Source of the DNA: Desulfomonilia bacterium
Lineage (GTDB): Bacteria; Desulfobacterota; Desulfomonilia; UBA1062
NCBI GenBank assembly: GCA_050014195.1
Contig: JBEKDT010000003.1
Coordinates: 192,001 to 256,000 of the forward strand
DNA length: 64,000 bases
Direction of reading: 5' to 3'
The notes under the pieces are model-generated. The model saw only the letters and a program-made list of their open reading frames with translations. It did not search any database and was not told the origin of the DNA. Both the position numbers and the translations under genes were made by a program. Of this stretch, positions 1 to 11,340 are shown piece by piece. Positions within the stretch are counted from its first letter, which is position 1; the number at the start of each line of letters is the position of its first letter.

Positions 1-43
1 TCAGCTTGGGAAGCTGACACTCTACCAACTGAGCTATGCCCGC
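1..43 (-). tRNA. tRNA-Gly(CCC), 5' part; 3' half runs off the window edge
   Basis: Reverse complement reads GCGGGCATAGCTCAGTTGGTAGAGTGTCAGCTTCCCAAGCTGA: acceptor 5' strand, D arm AGCTCAGTTGGTAGAG, anticodon arm TCAGC-TTCCCAA-GCTGA. Confidence 0.93.
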
Positions 44-191
44 ATTGCCCTCTCTAATAGAATATGACTCTATTGCTTGTCAAGGTAGTCTTTGGATAGG
101 CGCACCTAGAGCCGCCTTCACCTCTTAGGCTCGGTGAGTATCTCTGCTCAGATACAGACTCGGACGAGCGCGTCGCCTGAGAAGACTTTAT

Positions 192-590
192 CTAGCCGGG
201 AATGAACTTTATCAGGACCGACCTCTTCCTGGGACCGTCGAACTCGGCCAAAAAGATCCCTTGCCAGGTACCCAAGATCGGGGATCCGCTCTCGATGATC
301 ACCGTGACACTCGAACCAAGCAAACTGGCCTTGATGTGGGCATCCGAGTTCCCCTCGGCATGGCGGTATGCCTCATCGCGAGGCACGATTTTTCCAAGGA
401 ACGCAGTGATATCTTCCTTAACCGAGGGATCGGCATTTTCGTTGATGGTTATGCCGCATGTGGTATGCGGCACATAGATGACAAGGATGCCGGAAGATAT
501 ATCCTCACTTCTCAGCAAGGTCTTCACCTGGGTAGTGATGTCGATGAGCTGGATACGCGCGCTCGTTTGTACTTCAAGCCTCTTCATCAT
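192..590 (-). CDS. yjbQ: YjbQ/UPF0047 family protein (secondary thiamine-phosphate synthase-like)
   Basis: Motifs PHTTCGITINEN, HAEGNSDAHIKASL, LGTWQGIFLAEFDGPR; start moved to ATG 590 after AGGA. Confidence 0.9.
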   Translation of the reverse strand: MMKRLEVQTSARIQLIDITTQVKTLLRSEDISSGILVIYVPHTTCGITINENADPSVKEDITAFLGKIVPRDEAYRHAEGNSDAHIKASLLGSSVTVIIESGSPILGTWQGIFLAEFDGPRKRSVLIKFIPG

Positions 591-630
591 CTGATTCCTT
601 TGGTTCCTTTCCTCCTCGCTTATCAAGCCC

Positions 631-1419
631 TTATTCCTTCATAAAGTGCATGCCGCGCAGAAAGAGTTTTGTAAAGTTATCGGTGGTGAAGCGTGCCACC
701 TCTTCAGGAAAAACCCCTTTTATCCTTGCAATTTCTTCTATAACCTTTACTACATTAAGCGGTTCATTGCGTCTACCCCTCAACGGCTCGGGCGTAAGAT
801 ACGGCGCATCGGTTTCTGCCAGGATATATTCCAGAGATGTCTGTCTCGCCACTTCCTTTAACATGGCAGCGTTCTTGAAGGTGACCACGCCAGGGATGGA
901 GATAATGAATCCTTTGCTTAGAACAATTCGTGCAAGGTCGGCGTCTCCTGAAAAACAATGAAAAACCCCACCTGTTGACCATGCATCCGTTTCGTCCATG
1001 ACCTTTAATGTCTGGTCATGGGCGGCACGATCATGGATCACGAGCGGGAGGCGGAGTTGTTTTGCAAGCGCGATATGGGCTCTGAAGAGATCCTCTTGCT
1101 TTTGCTGGCTTTCGGGTGTGCGGTAAAGATCAAACCCTGTCTCTCCTATGGCAACAACCTTGGCCTCCTTACAGAGATCAGCGAGCTTGAATACATCTTC
1201 GGGTCCGAATTTATCGGCGTTTTGCGGGTGGATCCCCACAGACACAAAAATTCCTTTGTGGGATAGGGCAACCTCCAAGGCCTTTCTGCAGTCTTTGGGA
1301 TCGATCCCCACAGCGAGCATGGATGTAACACCTCCGTCAACCGATCGAGAGATGACCTCTTCCCTATCATGACGAAACGCCTTGAAATGGATGTGATTAT
1401 GTGAATCGACGATATTCAT
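631..1419 (-). CDS. tatD: TatD family DNase/hydrolase
   Basis: DSHNH, GIHP, AIGETGFD, IHDR, FHCFSG, ETDAPYLTP, RNEP motifs. Confidence 0.95.
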   Translation of the reverse strand: MNIVDSHNHIHFKAFRHDREEVISRSVDGGVTSMLAVGIDPKDCRKALEVALSHKGIFVSVGIHPQNADKFGPEDVFKLADLCKEAKVVAIGETGFDLYRTPESQQKQEDLFRAHIALAKQLRLPLVIHDRAAHDQTLKVMDETDAWSTGGVFHCFSGDADLARIVLSKGFIISIPGVVTFKNAAMLKEVARQTSLEYILAETDAPYLTPEPLRGRRNEPLNVVKVIEEIARIKGVFPEEVARFTTDNFTKLFLRGMHFMKE

Positions 1420-2173
1420 CCCACATACAACCTAAGAGCTCCTGATGCACTCTGGCATTGCTCGCCAGGATATCTCCCCTGTACAGGTCAAAGGGCCCCC
1501 CGTCAATGGAAGTGACCAAGCCGCCCGCTTCCTTGAGGATCGTCACACCTGCCGCCATATCCCACGGCTTCAACCCCTCCTCCCAAAAGGCATCGAACGC
1601 ACCCGATGCGACATAGCACAGATCGAGTTCCGCAGACCCAAACCTCCTGATCCCGAGAGCCTTACCCAAGACTCGCGAAAACCGCGATACGATCACCTCT
1701 AAGCTATCTTGTTTATAAGGAAAGCCCGTAGCAACGAGAGAATCGATTAAACATTCTGTTCGCGAAACAAAAATTCTCTGCCCGTTTCGATATGCCCCCC
1801 GTCCTTCCTGTGCGTGGAAGAGTTCTCCGCTGAGAGGATTGTAGCACACCCCGATAAAAGGCACGCCTGCCTTCATCACGGCAATGGAGACACAGAAAAA
1901 TGGTATGTGATGGATGAAATTTGTTGTCCCATCGATGGGGTCAATGATCCAGGTGTACAAGGAAGAACTCTTCTTATCAAAACCCTCTTCTGCAACGATG
2001 TTGTGGTCGCCATAGGCGCGCTCGATCTCGTCCACTATTACAGCCTGCACCTTGCGGTCCATATTGGTCACAAGATCGATCCGCCCCTTGTGTTCTATCT
2101 TTACCTCATCCCGGAGATGGGCATTAAGAAAGTCTCCCGCCTTTTTTGCAAGTCGCACGGCAAATTCCAGCAT
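1397..2173 (-). CDS. suhB: Inositol monophosphatase family protein
   Basis: DLVT, WIIDPIDGTTNF, RRFGSA, WDMAAG motifs; ATG 2173 follows GGAG. Confidence 0.92.
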   Translation of the reverse strand: MLEFAVRLAKKAGDFLNAHLRDEVKIEHKGRIDLVTNMDRKVQAVIVDEIERAYGDHNIVAEEGFDKKSSSLYTWIIDPIDGTTNFIHHIPFFCVSIAVMKAGVPFIGVCYNPLSGELFHAQEGRGAYRNGQRIFVSRTECLIDSLVATGFPYKQDSLEVIVSRFSRVLGKALGIRRFGSAELDLCYVASGAFDAFWEEGLKPWDMAAGVTILKEAGGLVTSIDGGPFDLYRGDILASNARVHQELLGCMWDEYRRFT

Positions 2174-2216
2174 GGCTCCACTTGTCAAACAAAAGATTTT
2201 ATGCAACATAAAAGAC

Positions 2217-2741
2217 ATGCAGCGGGTTTACAAGATAAAAAAAGCCCTCAAAGCGCCTATGTCGCTTGCCGTCATTATCTCCATCCCTGTTTTTATGGAT
2301 GTCATCCACCGAGGTTATGAAACAAAGATCCTTGTCATGGCCTGTTTGCTCATTGTTCTGTTTTATCTCTTCACCTTGAATAACCTCCTTAAACAAATAA
2401 AGGTGGGTGATGGTGAAATCATTATCAGGAGCCTGTTCGGATCAAACAGAATTCACGTCGCAGATATCAAACTCGTGGACGGCGTAATTATCGGCTCCCG
2501 CCAATTCATAACCATTTCGGCAAAAAAGAACTCCCTTATCCCGAATACCTTTGATGACTTCACCGGAATCATCGACTCCATCCGGGAGGTTGTGAAGGAA
2601 GAAGCCATAGGCAAGGGGCTGACAGACCTCAGAGGGAATGTTGTCAACCGCAAGAGCGATATCACCATGGCGTGGATCACGGTGATCCTCTTGATTATTA
2701 TTGTTGTTATCCGTTTCTTTCCACAGTTTCTTACATTGTGA
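2217..2741 (+). CDS. Small membrane protein, possibly with a bacterial PH-like domain
   Basis: Two N-terminal hydrophobic helices, beta-rich middle (IIIRSLFGSNRIHVADIKLV), C-terminal TM; divergent from suhB. Confidence 0.6.
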   Translation: MQRVYKIKKALKAPMSLAVIISIPVFMDVIHRGYETKILVMACLLIVLFYLFTLNNLLKQIKVGDGEIIIRSLFGSNRIHVADIKLVDGVIIGSRQFITISAKKNSLIPNTFDDFTGIIDSIREVVKEEAIGKGLTDLRGNVVNRKSDITMAWITVILLIIIVVIRFFPQFLTL

Positions 2742-2784
2742 TGCGCATTGGAAATATCAAACTTTTCAGTCAGTTATAAATCGA

Positions 2785-2800
2785 TATTCCCCGGGAAACG
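2785..2800. promoter_or_regulatory. Degenerate second parS-like site
   Basis: TATTCCCCGGGAAACG resembles TGTTCCACGTGAAACA, 16 bp upstream of the good parS. Confidence 0.4.
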
Positions 2801-2816
2801 CCCTTGGTTGCGGGTT

Positions 2817-2832
2817 TGTTTCACGTGAAACT
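2817..2832. promoter_or_regulatory. parS: parS centromere site
   Basis: TGTTTCACGTGAAACT, 15/16 match to the consensus TGTTTCACGTGAAACA, immediately upstream of parA. Confidence 0.9.
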
Positions 2833-2874
2833 TTTTCAATTCATCTTTCATAATTTTTATGGTACTGCTCCATT

Positions 2875-3669
2875 GTGCCTCATAAAATAATCAGCATCTC
2901 CAATCAAAAAGGCGGCGTTGGGAAGACAACCACTGCCATTAACCTTGGCTCGTCCCTTGCCCTTTTGGGGAAACGGACTCTCATTATTGACCTCGATCCC
3001 CAGGCTAACGCAACCACCGGCCTTGGGGTCGACCCCACAAAACTTTCTTCCCATATCTACCACGTCCTGCTTGGTGAACAGCCCATGGATTCCATCATCG
3101 TTCCCGCAAAGGTAGGCGGCCTTTTCCTTGCACCAAGCAATACCGACCTTGTTGGTGCTGATGTGGAACTCATGGATGTATCCATGCGCGAGCGGATAGT
3201 TTCCAAGGCGTTAAACACCATGGTTACTCCTTTTGACTTCATCCTCGTCGACTGTCCGCCGTCTCTCGGATTGCTCACCCTGAATGCCCTGACTGCTTCT
3301 GATACGCTCCTCATCCCTGTTCAGTGCGAATATTACGCACTGGAAGGCATCAAGAGCCTTCTGAATACATTCCAGCTTGTGAAAAAAAGGCTCAATCCCT
3401 TACTGTCCATTGAGGGATTTCTTCTCACCATGTTTGATTCCCGCACCCGCCTCAGCCATGAAGTGGCGAGCAACATGAGATCGCATTTCAACAATCAGGT
3501 TTTCAACACGGTTATACCCAGGAACACACGGTTATGTGAGGCCCCGAGTTTTGGGCTCCCCATTTGCCTCTATGATATCTCTTCAAAAGGGGCCCAACAT
3601 TATCTGATGCTTGCGAAAGAGATCCTGAGCAGGGAGGTTGCCGATGAAGGTAAAGCCTCGTCTCGGTAA
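2875..3669 (+). CDS. parA: Chromosome partitioning ATPase ParA/Soj
   Basis: NQKGGVGKTTT deviant Walker A, DLDPQANAT, DCPPSLGLLT, PVQCEYYALEG, EAPSFG. Confidence 0.96.
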   Translation: MPHKIISISNQKGGVGKTTTAINLGSSLALLGKRTLIIDLDPQANATTGLGVDPTKLSSHIYHVLLGEQPMDSIIVPAKVGGLFLAPSNTDLVGADVELMDVSMRERIVSKALNTMVTPFDFILVDCPPSLGLLTLNALTASDTLLIPVQCEYYALEGIKSLLNTFQLVKKRLNPLLSIEGFLLTMFDSRTRLSHEVASNMRSHFNNQVFNTVIPRNTRLCEAPSFGLPICLYDISSKGAQHYLMLAKEILSREVADEGKASSR

Positions 3670-4492
3670 GGGGATTGACGCGCTCATCCCTGTTGATGAA
3701 AATGATACAAGTTCACTGGTAATGGAGCTGTCTCTCGACGAGATACGGCCCAATCCCATTCAGCCAAGGAAATCTATTGATAAGGTAAAACTCTCGGAGC
3801 TTGCAGAATCCATCAAAGTCCATGGCCTCATATCCCCTATTCTTGTAAGGAAGTTCAATACCAAATACGAGATTATTGCAGGCGAGAGGAGATTTCATGC
3901 CTGCAGGCTGGCTGGAATGAAAAACGTTCCTGTTATTGTAAAAGAGGTTTCCGATGATAATTCCTTTAAGCTCTCCCTCATAGAGAATCTCCAGCGTGAA
4001 GATTTAAACCCCATGGAAGAGTCCGAGGCCTATTACACATTAAAGGAGCAGTTTGGTCTTACCCATCAGGTGATTGCAGAATCCGTAATGAAGGATCGGT
4101 CAACCATCACCAATGCACTTCGGCTGATAAGTCTTCCTGAGGATATGAAGTCTGCATTGCGTGAAGGATCCATTACCCCGGGGCATGCACGCGCCATCCT
4201 TATGCTGGAGTCGGAAGAAGAGAGACGTTCTCTCTTTAAAAATATCATTGCTAAGGGATTAAGTGTTCGAGATGCCGAGCGGCATGCCTCTCGGAAGCGA
4301 CTTGTTCAAGATAACAAAAAGAACATTGACCCGAGTCTGGACAAACTATCATCCTTCCTCTCCGATCGTTTCTCTACAAAAGTTGTTTGCTCGTGGTCGA
4401 AGAGAAAGGGAAAGATTACCATAGAGGTATCATCTCGAGATGAGCTCAAAAGAATTATCGATGATCTCACCAGGGCGATATCTCCTCTATGA
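3644..4492 (+). CDS. parB: Chromosome partitioning protein ParB/Spo0J
   Basis: LGKGIDALI N-terminus, PNPIQPRK, IIAGERR, ENLQREDLNPMEE, HTH; GGAGG before ATG 3644. Confidence 0.96.
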   Translation: MKVKPRLGKGIDALIPVDENDTSSLVMELSLDEIRPNPIQPRKSIDKVKLSELAESIKVHGLISPILVRKFNTKYEIIAGERRFHACRLAGMKNVPVIVKEVSDDNSFKLSLIENLQREDLNPMEESEAYYTLKEQFGLTHQVIAESVMKDRSTITNALRLISLPEDMKSALREGSITPGHARAILMLESEEERRSLFKNIIAKGLSVRDAERHASRKRLVQDNKKNIDPSLDKLSSFLSDRFSTKVVCSWSKRKGKITIEVSSRDELKRIIDDLTRAISPL

Positions 4493-4666
4493 TGGCACCA
4501 TTGTGAACATATGGACATTGGATTGTGACATGATCTTTCGATATGAGAGTTATCAACGTACATACGATATGTGTATGTTTAATAAAATTAAAAAGTTATA
4601 TGATTTTTTGACATATTGACAGGATCATTAGTATATATAATCCATACATATGAGGAGTATAAAGAG

Positions 4667-5791
4667 ATGAAGTGTACAATCTCAAAAAGCATTCTGCAGA
4701 ACATGCTCTCGAAGGTGCAGGGTTTCACGGAACGAAAATCCACCTTGCCTATCTTGAGCCATGCCCTCCTAGAGGTATCGAAGGGATCTTTATTCATAAA
4801 GGCAACGGATCTGCATACCTCGATCCAGGTGTCGTCTAACTGCTCTGTGGAATCTCCCGGTTCATGCGCCATTAATGCAAAAGGCTTTTACGATATCATC
4901 CGGGAACTCCCTGAAGATAATCTTCTCATATGGACCGAAGATCATAACCGGGCCAACATTTTGGTGGGGAATAAGAAGATAAAAATGAATATCATGGATG
5001 CAGAGGAATTCCCGAACATCGACCTGCCGGCCAATCCAACCGGATTTTCCATACCAATAGATGTCATGAAGCCGCTGATAGACAGAACCATTTTTTCCAT
5101 ACCTGTCTCTGCGGAGAGCGACACGAAATATTCTTTAGGAGGGGCATTGCTTCTCGCCAGGGAAGAAAAACCTAAAACCACCTATATTGAGATGGTAACC
5201 ACCGACAGCAGAAGGCTCTCGCTGGCCAGATATGTTGTTAATGGAAAGCTTGATATGGGGGAAGGGATCATCGTTCCGAGAAAAGGACTGCAAGAGCTTA
5301 AACGTCTCATGGATGGGAAGGAGGACGAACAACACATCGTCTTGACAAAGGATTCCCTTTACTACACATCCAAGGAAACAACCGCCACGGTGCGGCTCTT
5401 TGACGGCAAATTCCCGGATTTCAGGAGTATTGTAAATATAGACACATATCCAATCGTGACGAGGGTCAATGTGAATGAGCTTGTCAGCGTACTCAAGGTA
5501 TGCGTCGCCATGGTTTCCGAGCTTGCAAGCTGTGTGAAATTCTCGTTTATCAAGGACAAGACCCTAATCTATGCCAATAATCCTGAACAGGGAGAGGTGG
5601 ATACGGCAATCGCATCCGAACATACCGGAGACGAGGTCGAGATAACCTTCAACCCGAGGTATTTCGTCGAGTGCCTTGCCTTCATCGATGGTGAGGCGGA
5701 GATCCACCTGAAAGGGCCCCAAGGTCCCTGCTTGGTTACGGACTGTGCCGAGCGGGAAAGCAAGTGGGTCATCATGCCCATGAGGTTTTAA
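4667..5791 (+). CDS. dnaN: DNA polymerase III beta sliding clamp
   Basis: STLPILS, ATDL, TTDSRRL, GKFPDFR, FNPRYF, VIMPMR C-terminus; start ATG 4667 after GAGGAG. Confidence 0.95.
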   Translation: MKCTISKSILQNMLSKVQGFTERKSTLPILSHALLEVSKGSLFIKATDLHTSIQVSSNCSVESPGSCAINAKGFYDIIRELPEDNLLIWTEDHNRANILVGNKKIKMNIMDAEEFPNIDLPANPTGFSIPIDVMKPLIDRTIFSIPVSAESDTKYSLGGALLLAREEKPKTTYIEMVTTDSRRLSLARYVVNGKLDMGEGIIVPRKGLQELKRLMDGKEDEQHIVLTKDSLYYTSKETTATVRLFDGKFPDFRSIVNIDTYPIVTRVNVNELVSVLKVCVAMVSELASCVKFSFIKDKTLIYANNPEQGEVDTAIASEHTGDEVEITFNPRYFVECLAFIDGEAEIHLKGPQGPCLVTDCAERESKWVIMPMRF

Positions 5792-5813
5792 TTTTTAAAG
5801 AAGAGGAAGCTAA

Positions 5814-8183
<2,370 letters not shown>

Positions 8184-8210
8184 TTTTCCACCTAAGAAAG
8201 AGGAGTTTGC

Positions 8211-10637
8211 ATGAGTACGAACACCGTTGCCATAGACCAGGAGATGAGGCGCTCGTACCTGGACTATTCCATGAGCGTCATCATCGGACGCGCCATCCCT
8301 GATGTGCGCGACGGCCTTAAGCCCGTCCATAGAAGGATCCTGTTTGCCATGCAGGACCTGGGCAACACCCATACGAAGGCCTACAAGAAGTCGGCCCGCA
8401 TCGTGGGTGATGTCATTGGTAAGTACCATCCCCACGGTGACTCCGCAGTCTATGATGCCATTGTCCGCATGGCCCAGCCGTTCTCCTTGCGGTATCCCCT
8501 GGTCGACGGCCAGGGCAACTTCGGTTCCGTGGATGGCGATCCGGCCGCTGCCATGAGGTATACCGAGATCAGGATGTCGCGCATAGCCGAGGAGATGCTC
8601 GCTGATCTTGAAAAGAATACCGTGGATTTCCATCCCAACTACGACGAGTCTCTGCAGGAGCCCGATGTACTGCCCACGAGGATACCGGGGCTGCTGCTGA
8701 ACGGGTCTAGCGGTATCGCGGTGGGCATGGCCACCAGCATCCCGCCGCACAATGCCACCGAGCTGATGACCGCCCTGATCGCCCTAATCGACAAACCTGA
8801 TCTGACACTGCCCGAGATCATGCGGATCATCCCCGGGCCTGATTTCCCCACCGGCGGCATCATCATCTCCGAAGGCGAGATCGAGAAGGCCTACCGCACC
8901 GGCAGGGGCATCATCATTGTCCGCGGCAAGGTGGAAAGGGAGGAAGAGCAGAACCGGGAGAAGATCATCATCTCCGAGATCCCCTTTACCGTGAACAAGG
9001 CCGATCTCGTCACGCGCATCGCTCTCCTGGCCCAGGAAAAGAAGATCGACGGCATTGCCAACATCCGCGACGAGTCGGACAAGGACGGCATGCGCGTGGT
9101 CATCGAGCTGAAGAAGGGGGCTCCCGCCGAGGTCATCGAAAACCAGCTCTACAAGCTCACCACGCTCCAGGCCTCGTTCTCCATGAACCTGCTCGCCATA
9201 CACAACAACAGGCCCGCCACCATGGGTCTTTTACAGCTGCTTCAGGCCTTCCTTGATTTCCGCGAGGAGGTGGTCACCCGCAGGTGCCTCTTCGAACTGG
9301 CCAAGGCAAAGGACCGCATCCATATCTTGGACGGCCTCTTGAAGGCGTTAGAGCACATCGACGAGATCGTGGCGCTCATCAAGGCATCGGCCAACCCGCC
9401 TGAGGCAAAGATAAACCTGATGGAGCGCTTCGGCTTCTCCGAGATCCAGGCCCAGGCCATCTTGGACATGCGTCTCCAGAGGCTCACCGGACTGGAGCGA
9501 GACAAGCTTGCCGACGAGCACGCGGCACTTTCCAAAGAGATCAGGCGACTCGAGCTCATCCTTTCCGACCGCAATGAGCTGCTCAAGGTCATCAGGGCAG
9601 AGCTCCAAGAGGTCAAGGCCGACTACGCGGACGCCAGGCGGACCATGATCCTGAAGGGTGAGATCGGCGAATTCAACGTGGAAGACCTCATCCCCGATGA
9701 GAAGATGGTGGTCACCATCACCCGCAAGGGTTATGTGAAGCGCACCGAGCTCGACAAGTACCGCACCCAGAAGCGCGGCGGTGTGGGCGTCAAGGGGGCG
9801 TTGACCGGTGAGGACGACTTCATCGAGCACATCTTCGTGGCCACCAACCACACCTCCATCCTCTACTTCACCAACAAGGGCAGGGTGTACCACACCAAGG
9901 TATACGAGGTCCCGGAGCGCGACCGCGCGCTCAAGGGCGTGCCCATCGTGAACATTCGCCCCATCCAGAAGGAGGAGCGCATCTGCGCCATCCTGGTCAC
10001 CACCGACATCAACATGGAAGCCGAGGTCGTGATGGTAACCGCCATGGCCAACATCAAACGGGTCGAGCTCAAAAGCTTCAGCAACATCGTGCGCACGGGC
10101 ATCATCGCCTGCACGCTGGAGCCGGGCGACGAGGTCATGTCGGCCCGCATCACCACCGGCAGCACCCGCATCATCGTTGCATCCAGGGCCGGCAAGGCCA
10201 TCATCTTCCCGGCCGACCAGGTCCGAGTCATGGGCCGCCAGGCGCAAGGGGTGCGAGCCATCAAGCTCAATGAGGGCGATTCGGTTATCGGCATGGATGT
10301 CATCACGAGCGACGACGACCTGGTCATCAATCTGACCGAGTACGGCTTCGGCAAGAAGACTATTGTCAGCAAATACCCGGTCCAGAACCGAGCAGGCAAG
10401 GGTGTAAATACGGTCCACATCACCAAGAAGACCGGCGACCTCGTGGGGGTGAGGGTGATCAAGGACACCGACGAGCTCATGATCATATCCACGTCGGGCC
10501 AGATCATCCGCATGCCCGTGTCCCAGATCCGCACCACCCGCACGCGCTCTGCCCAGGGCGTGCGCGCCATACGCATGAAGGAAGACGAGAAGATCGTGGA
10601 CTTCACCAAGTACGTCAGCGAAGAAGACGCCGACTAA
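8211..10637 (+). CDS. gyrA: DNA gyrase subunit A
   Basis: [26 protein letters not shown] catalytic Tyr, GyrA-box QKRGGVG, beta-pinwheel repeats. Confidence 0.98.
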   Translation: MSTNTVAIDQEMRRSYLDYSMSVIIGRAIPDVRDGLKPVHRRILFAMQDLGNTHTKAYKKSARIVGDVIGKYHPHGDSAVYDAIVRMAQPFSLRYPLVDGQGNFGSVDGDPAAAMRYTEIRMSRIAEEMLADLEKNTVDFHPNYDESLQEPDVLPTRIPGLLLNGSSGIAVGMATSIPPHNATELMTALIALIDKPDLTLPEIMRIIPGPDFPTGGIIISEGEIEKAYRTGRGIIIVRGKVEREEEQNREKIIISEIPFTVNKADLVTRIALLAQEKKIDGIANIRDESDKDGMRVVIELKKGAPAEVIENQLYKLTTLQASFSMNLLAIHNNRPATMGLLQLLQAFLDFREEVVTRRCLFELAKAKDRIHILDGLLKALEHIDEIVALIKASANPPEAKINLMERFGFSEIQAQAILDMRLQRLTGLERDKLADEHAALSKEIRRLELILSDRNELLKVIRAELQEVKADYADARRTMILKGEIGEFNVEDLIPDEKMVVTITRKGYVKRTELDKYRTQKRGGVGVKGALTGEDDFIEHIFVATNHTSILYFTNKGRVYHTKVYEVPERDRALKGVPIVNIRPIQKEERICAILVTTDINMEAEVVMVTAMANIKRVELKSFSNIVRTGIIACTLEPGDEVMSARITTGSTRIIVASRAGKAIIFPADQVRVMGRQAQGVRAIKLNEGDSVIGMDVITSDDDLVINLTEYGFGKKTIVSKYPVQNRAGKGVNTVHITKKTGDLVGVRVIKDTDELMIISTSGQIIRMPVSQIRTTRTRSAQGVRAIRMKEDEKIVDFTKYVSEEDAD

Positions 10638-10673
10638 ACGGCGCTCATCACGAGAGATAACCTTAAGATAAAT

Positions 10674-10697
10674 CCCGGCCTCCGAAAGGGGGCCGGG
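10674..10697 (+). terminator. GC-rich hairpin after gyrA, possible terminator
   Basis: CCCGGCCTCC-GAAA-GGGGGCCGGG; no clear U-tract on + strand. Confidence 0.55.
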
Positions 10698-10726
10698 CAA
10701 GAAATAACCCGCAGATTCATAACTCT

Positions 10727-10753
10727 GTCATTCCCGCGAAAGTGGGAATCCAG
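10727..10753 (+). repeat. REP/dRS3-like palindrome
   Basis: GTCATTCCCGCGAAAGTGGGAATCCAG matches the ATTCCC-N8-GGGAAT / GTCATTCCCGCGAAAGCGGGAATCCA repeat pattern. Confidence 0.75.
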
Positions 10754-10838
10754 GAAAGTGAAGGTGTTATTTTTGCGCTTGATGGAGAGTCTAAGATTTA
10801 TCTATCTTTTTAATTTTATGTCCTTTCTTTTGGTGCCA

Positions 10839-10913
10839 CAATTCGGCAGGATAGCCGAATTAGACGCACTTTACGTGCGCCCGAAGGGCGAAGGCCAGGG
10901 ATGGCCTGAGTCA
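10839..10913 (+). mobile_element. 75-nt four-hairpin mini-element, copy 1
   Basis: Removing it restores the perfect stem TCCTTTCTTTTGG/CCAAAAGAAAGGA. Confidence 0.75.
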
Positions 10914-10993
10914 AAAGAAAGGACCGAAGAAAAGGCACCCCGTGAACCCGCCCTTCGGGTCCGTTCGCTCGCTTGGAAAATCCGGGCCGCGGA

Positions 10994-11070
10994 TAAATTT
11001 CTTCAGGATAGAAGAAATTGACGCACCGAAGGTGCGCCCAAAGGGTGAGGGACAAGGATGTCCCGAATCA
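10994..11070 (+). mobile_element. 77-nt four-hairpin mini-element, copy 2
   Basis: Same hairpin architecture as copy 1; absent at the equivalent position of element copy B. Confidence 0.7.
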
Positions 11071-11198
11071 AACTCGCTTCGTTTCACTTCGCTCAAACAA
11101 GAGACGCTTTCCCCTGGATTTTGCTTCACTCGCTCACCGGGGTCAAAGGGGATCAAAAAGGCAAAAACACGATCTGGACAGGATTGGCAGGGAAGGGG

Positions 11199-11318
11199 AT
11201 ATCCGGAATGGAATATAAAAAGAATAATGCCTTGCACTCAATATCCGGATATACTGCAATTGTGCATCGGATAACTATAGTGATATCCTGCAAAAGTACA
11301 GTATAGTAATTGTTATGT
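11199..11318 (+). other. Putative integron attI-like site
   Basis: ATATCCGGA at 11199 and 11241 plus GATATCC at 11282, ending in core site GTTATGT (11312-11318) 22 nt before the first cargo gene. Confidence 0.45.
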
Positions 11319-11340
11319 GTTTCAGAAAGGGTAAAGACCC

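Larger units (their letters stand above)
10821..11160 (+). repeat. Structured non-coding element, copy A (carries two nested mini-elements)
   Basis: Shares AAGAAAAGGCACCC, CCCTTCGGG, GGAAAATCC, AACTCGCTTCG, CTTCGCTCAAACA and GGATTTT in the same order with the reverse complement of 13511-13773. Confidence 0.8.

Noticed and set aside
8211-10637. gyrA looks more GC-rich than dnaN, suggesting an imported allele or quinolone resistance
   Set aside because: rho and prfA look similarly biased; QRDR reads HGDSAVYD (wild-type Ser/Asp); not quantifiable without tools
9348-10700. 450-aa and 248-aa ORFs antisense to gyrA
   Set aside because: Same shadow effect; they overlap an essential gene almost entirely
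10821-11160. Possible CRISPR array or tRNA
   Set aside because: No regularly spaced identical repeats, no cas genes, no T-loop or acceptor stem
10758-11306. Several 66-110 aa ORFs on both strands
   Set aside because: They run through the structured repeats, lack RBS and protein motifs; treated as non-coding
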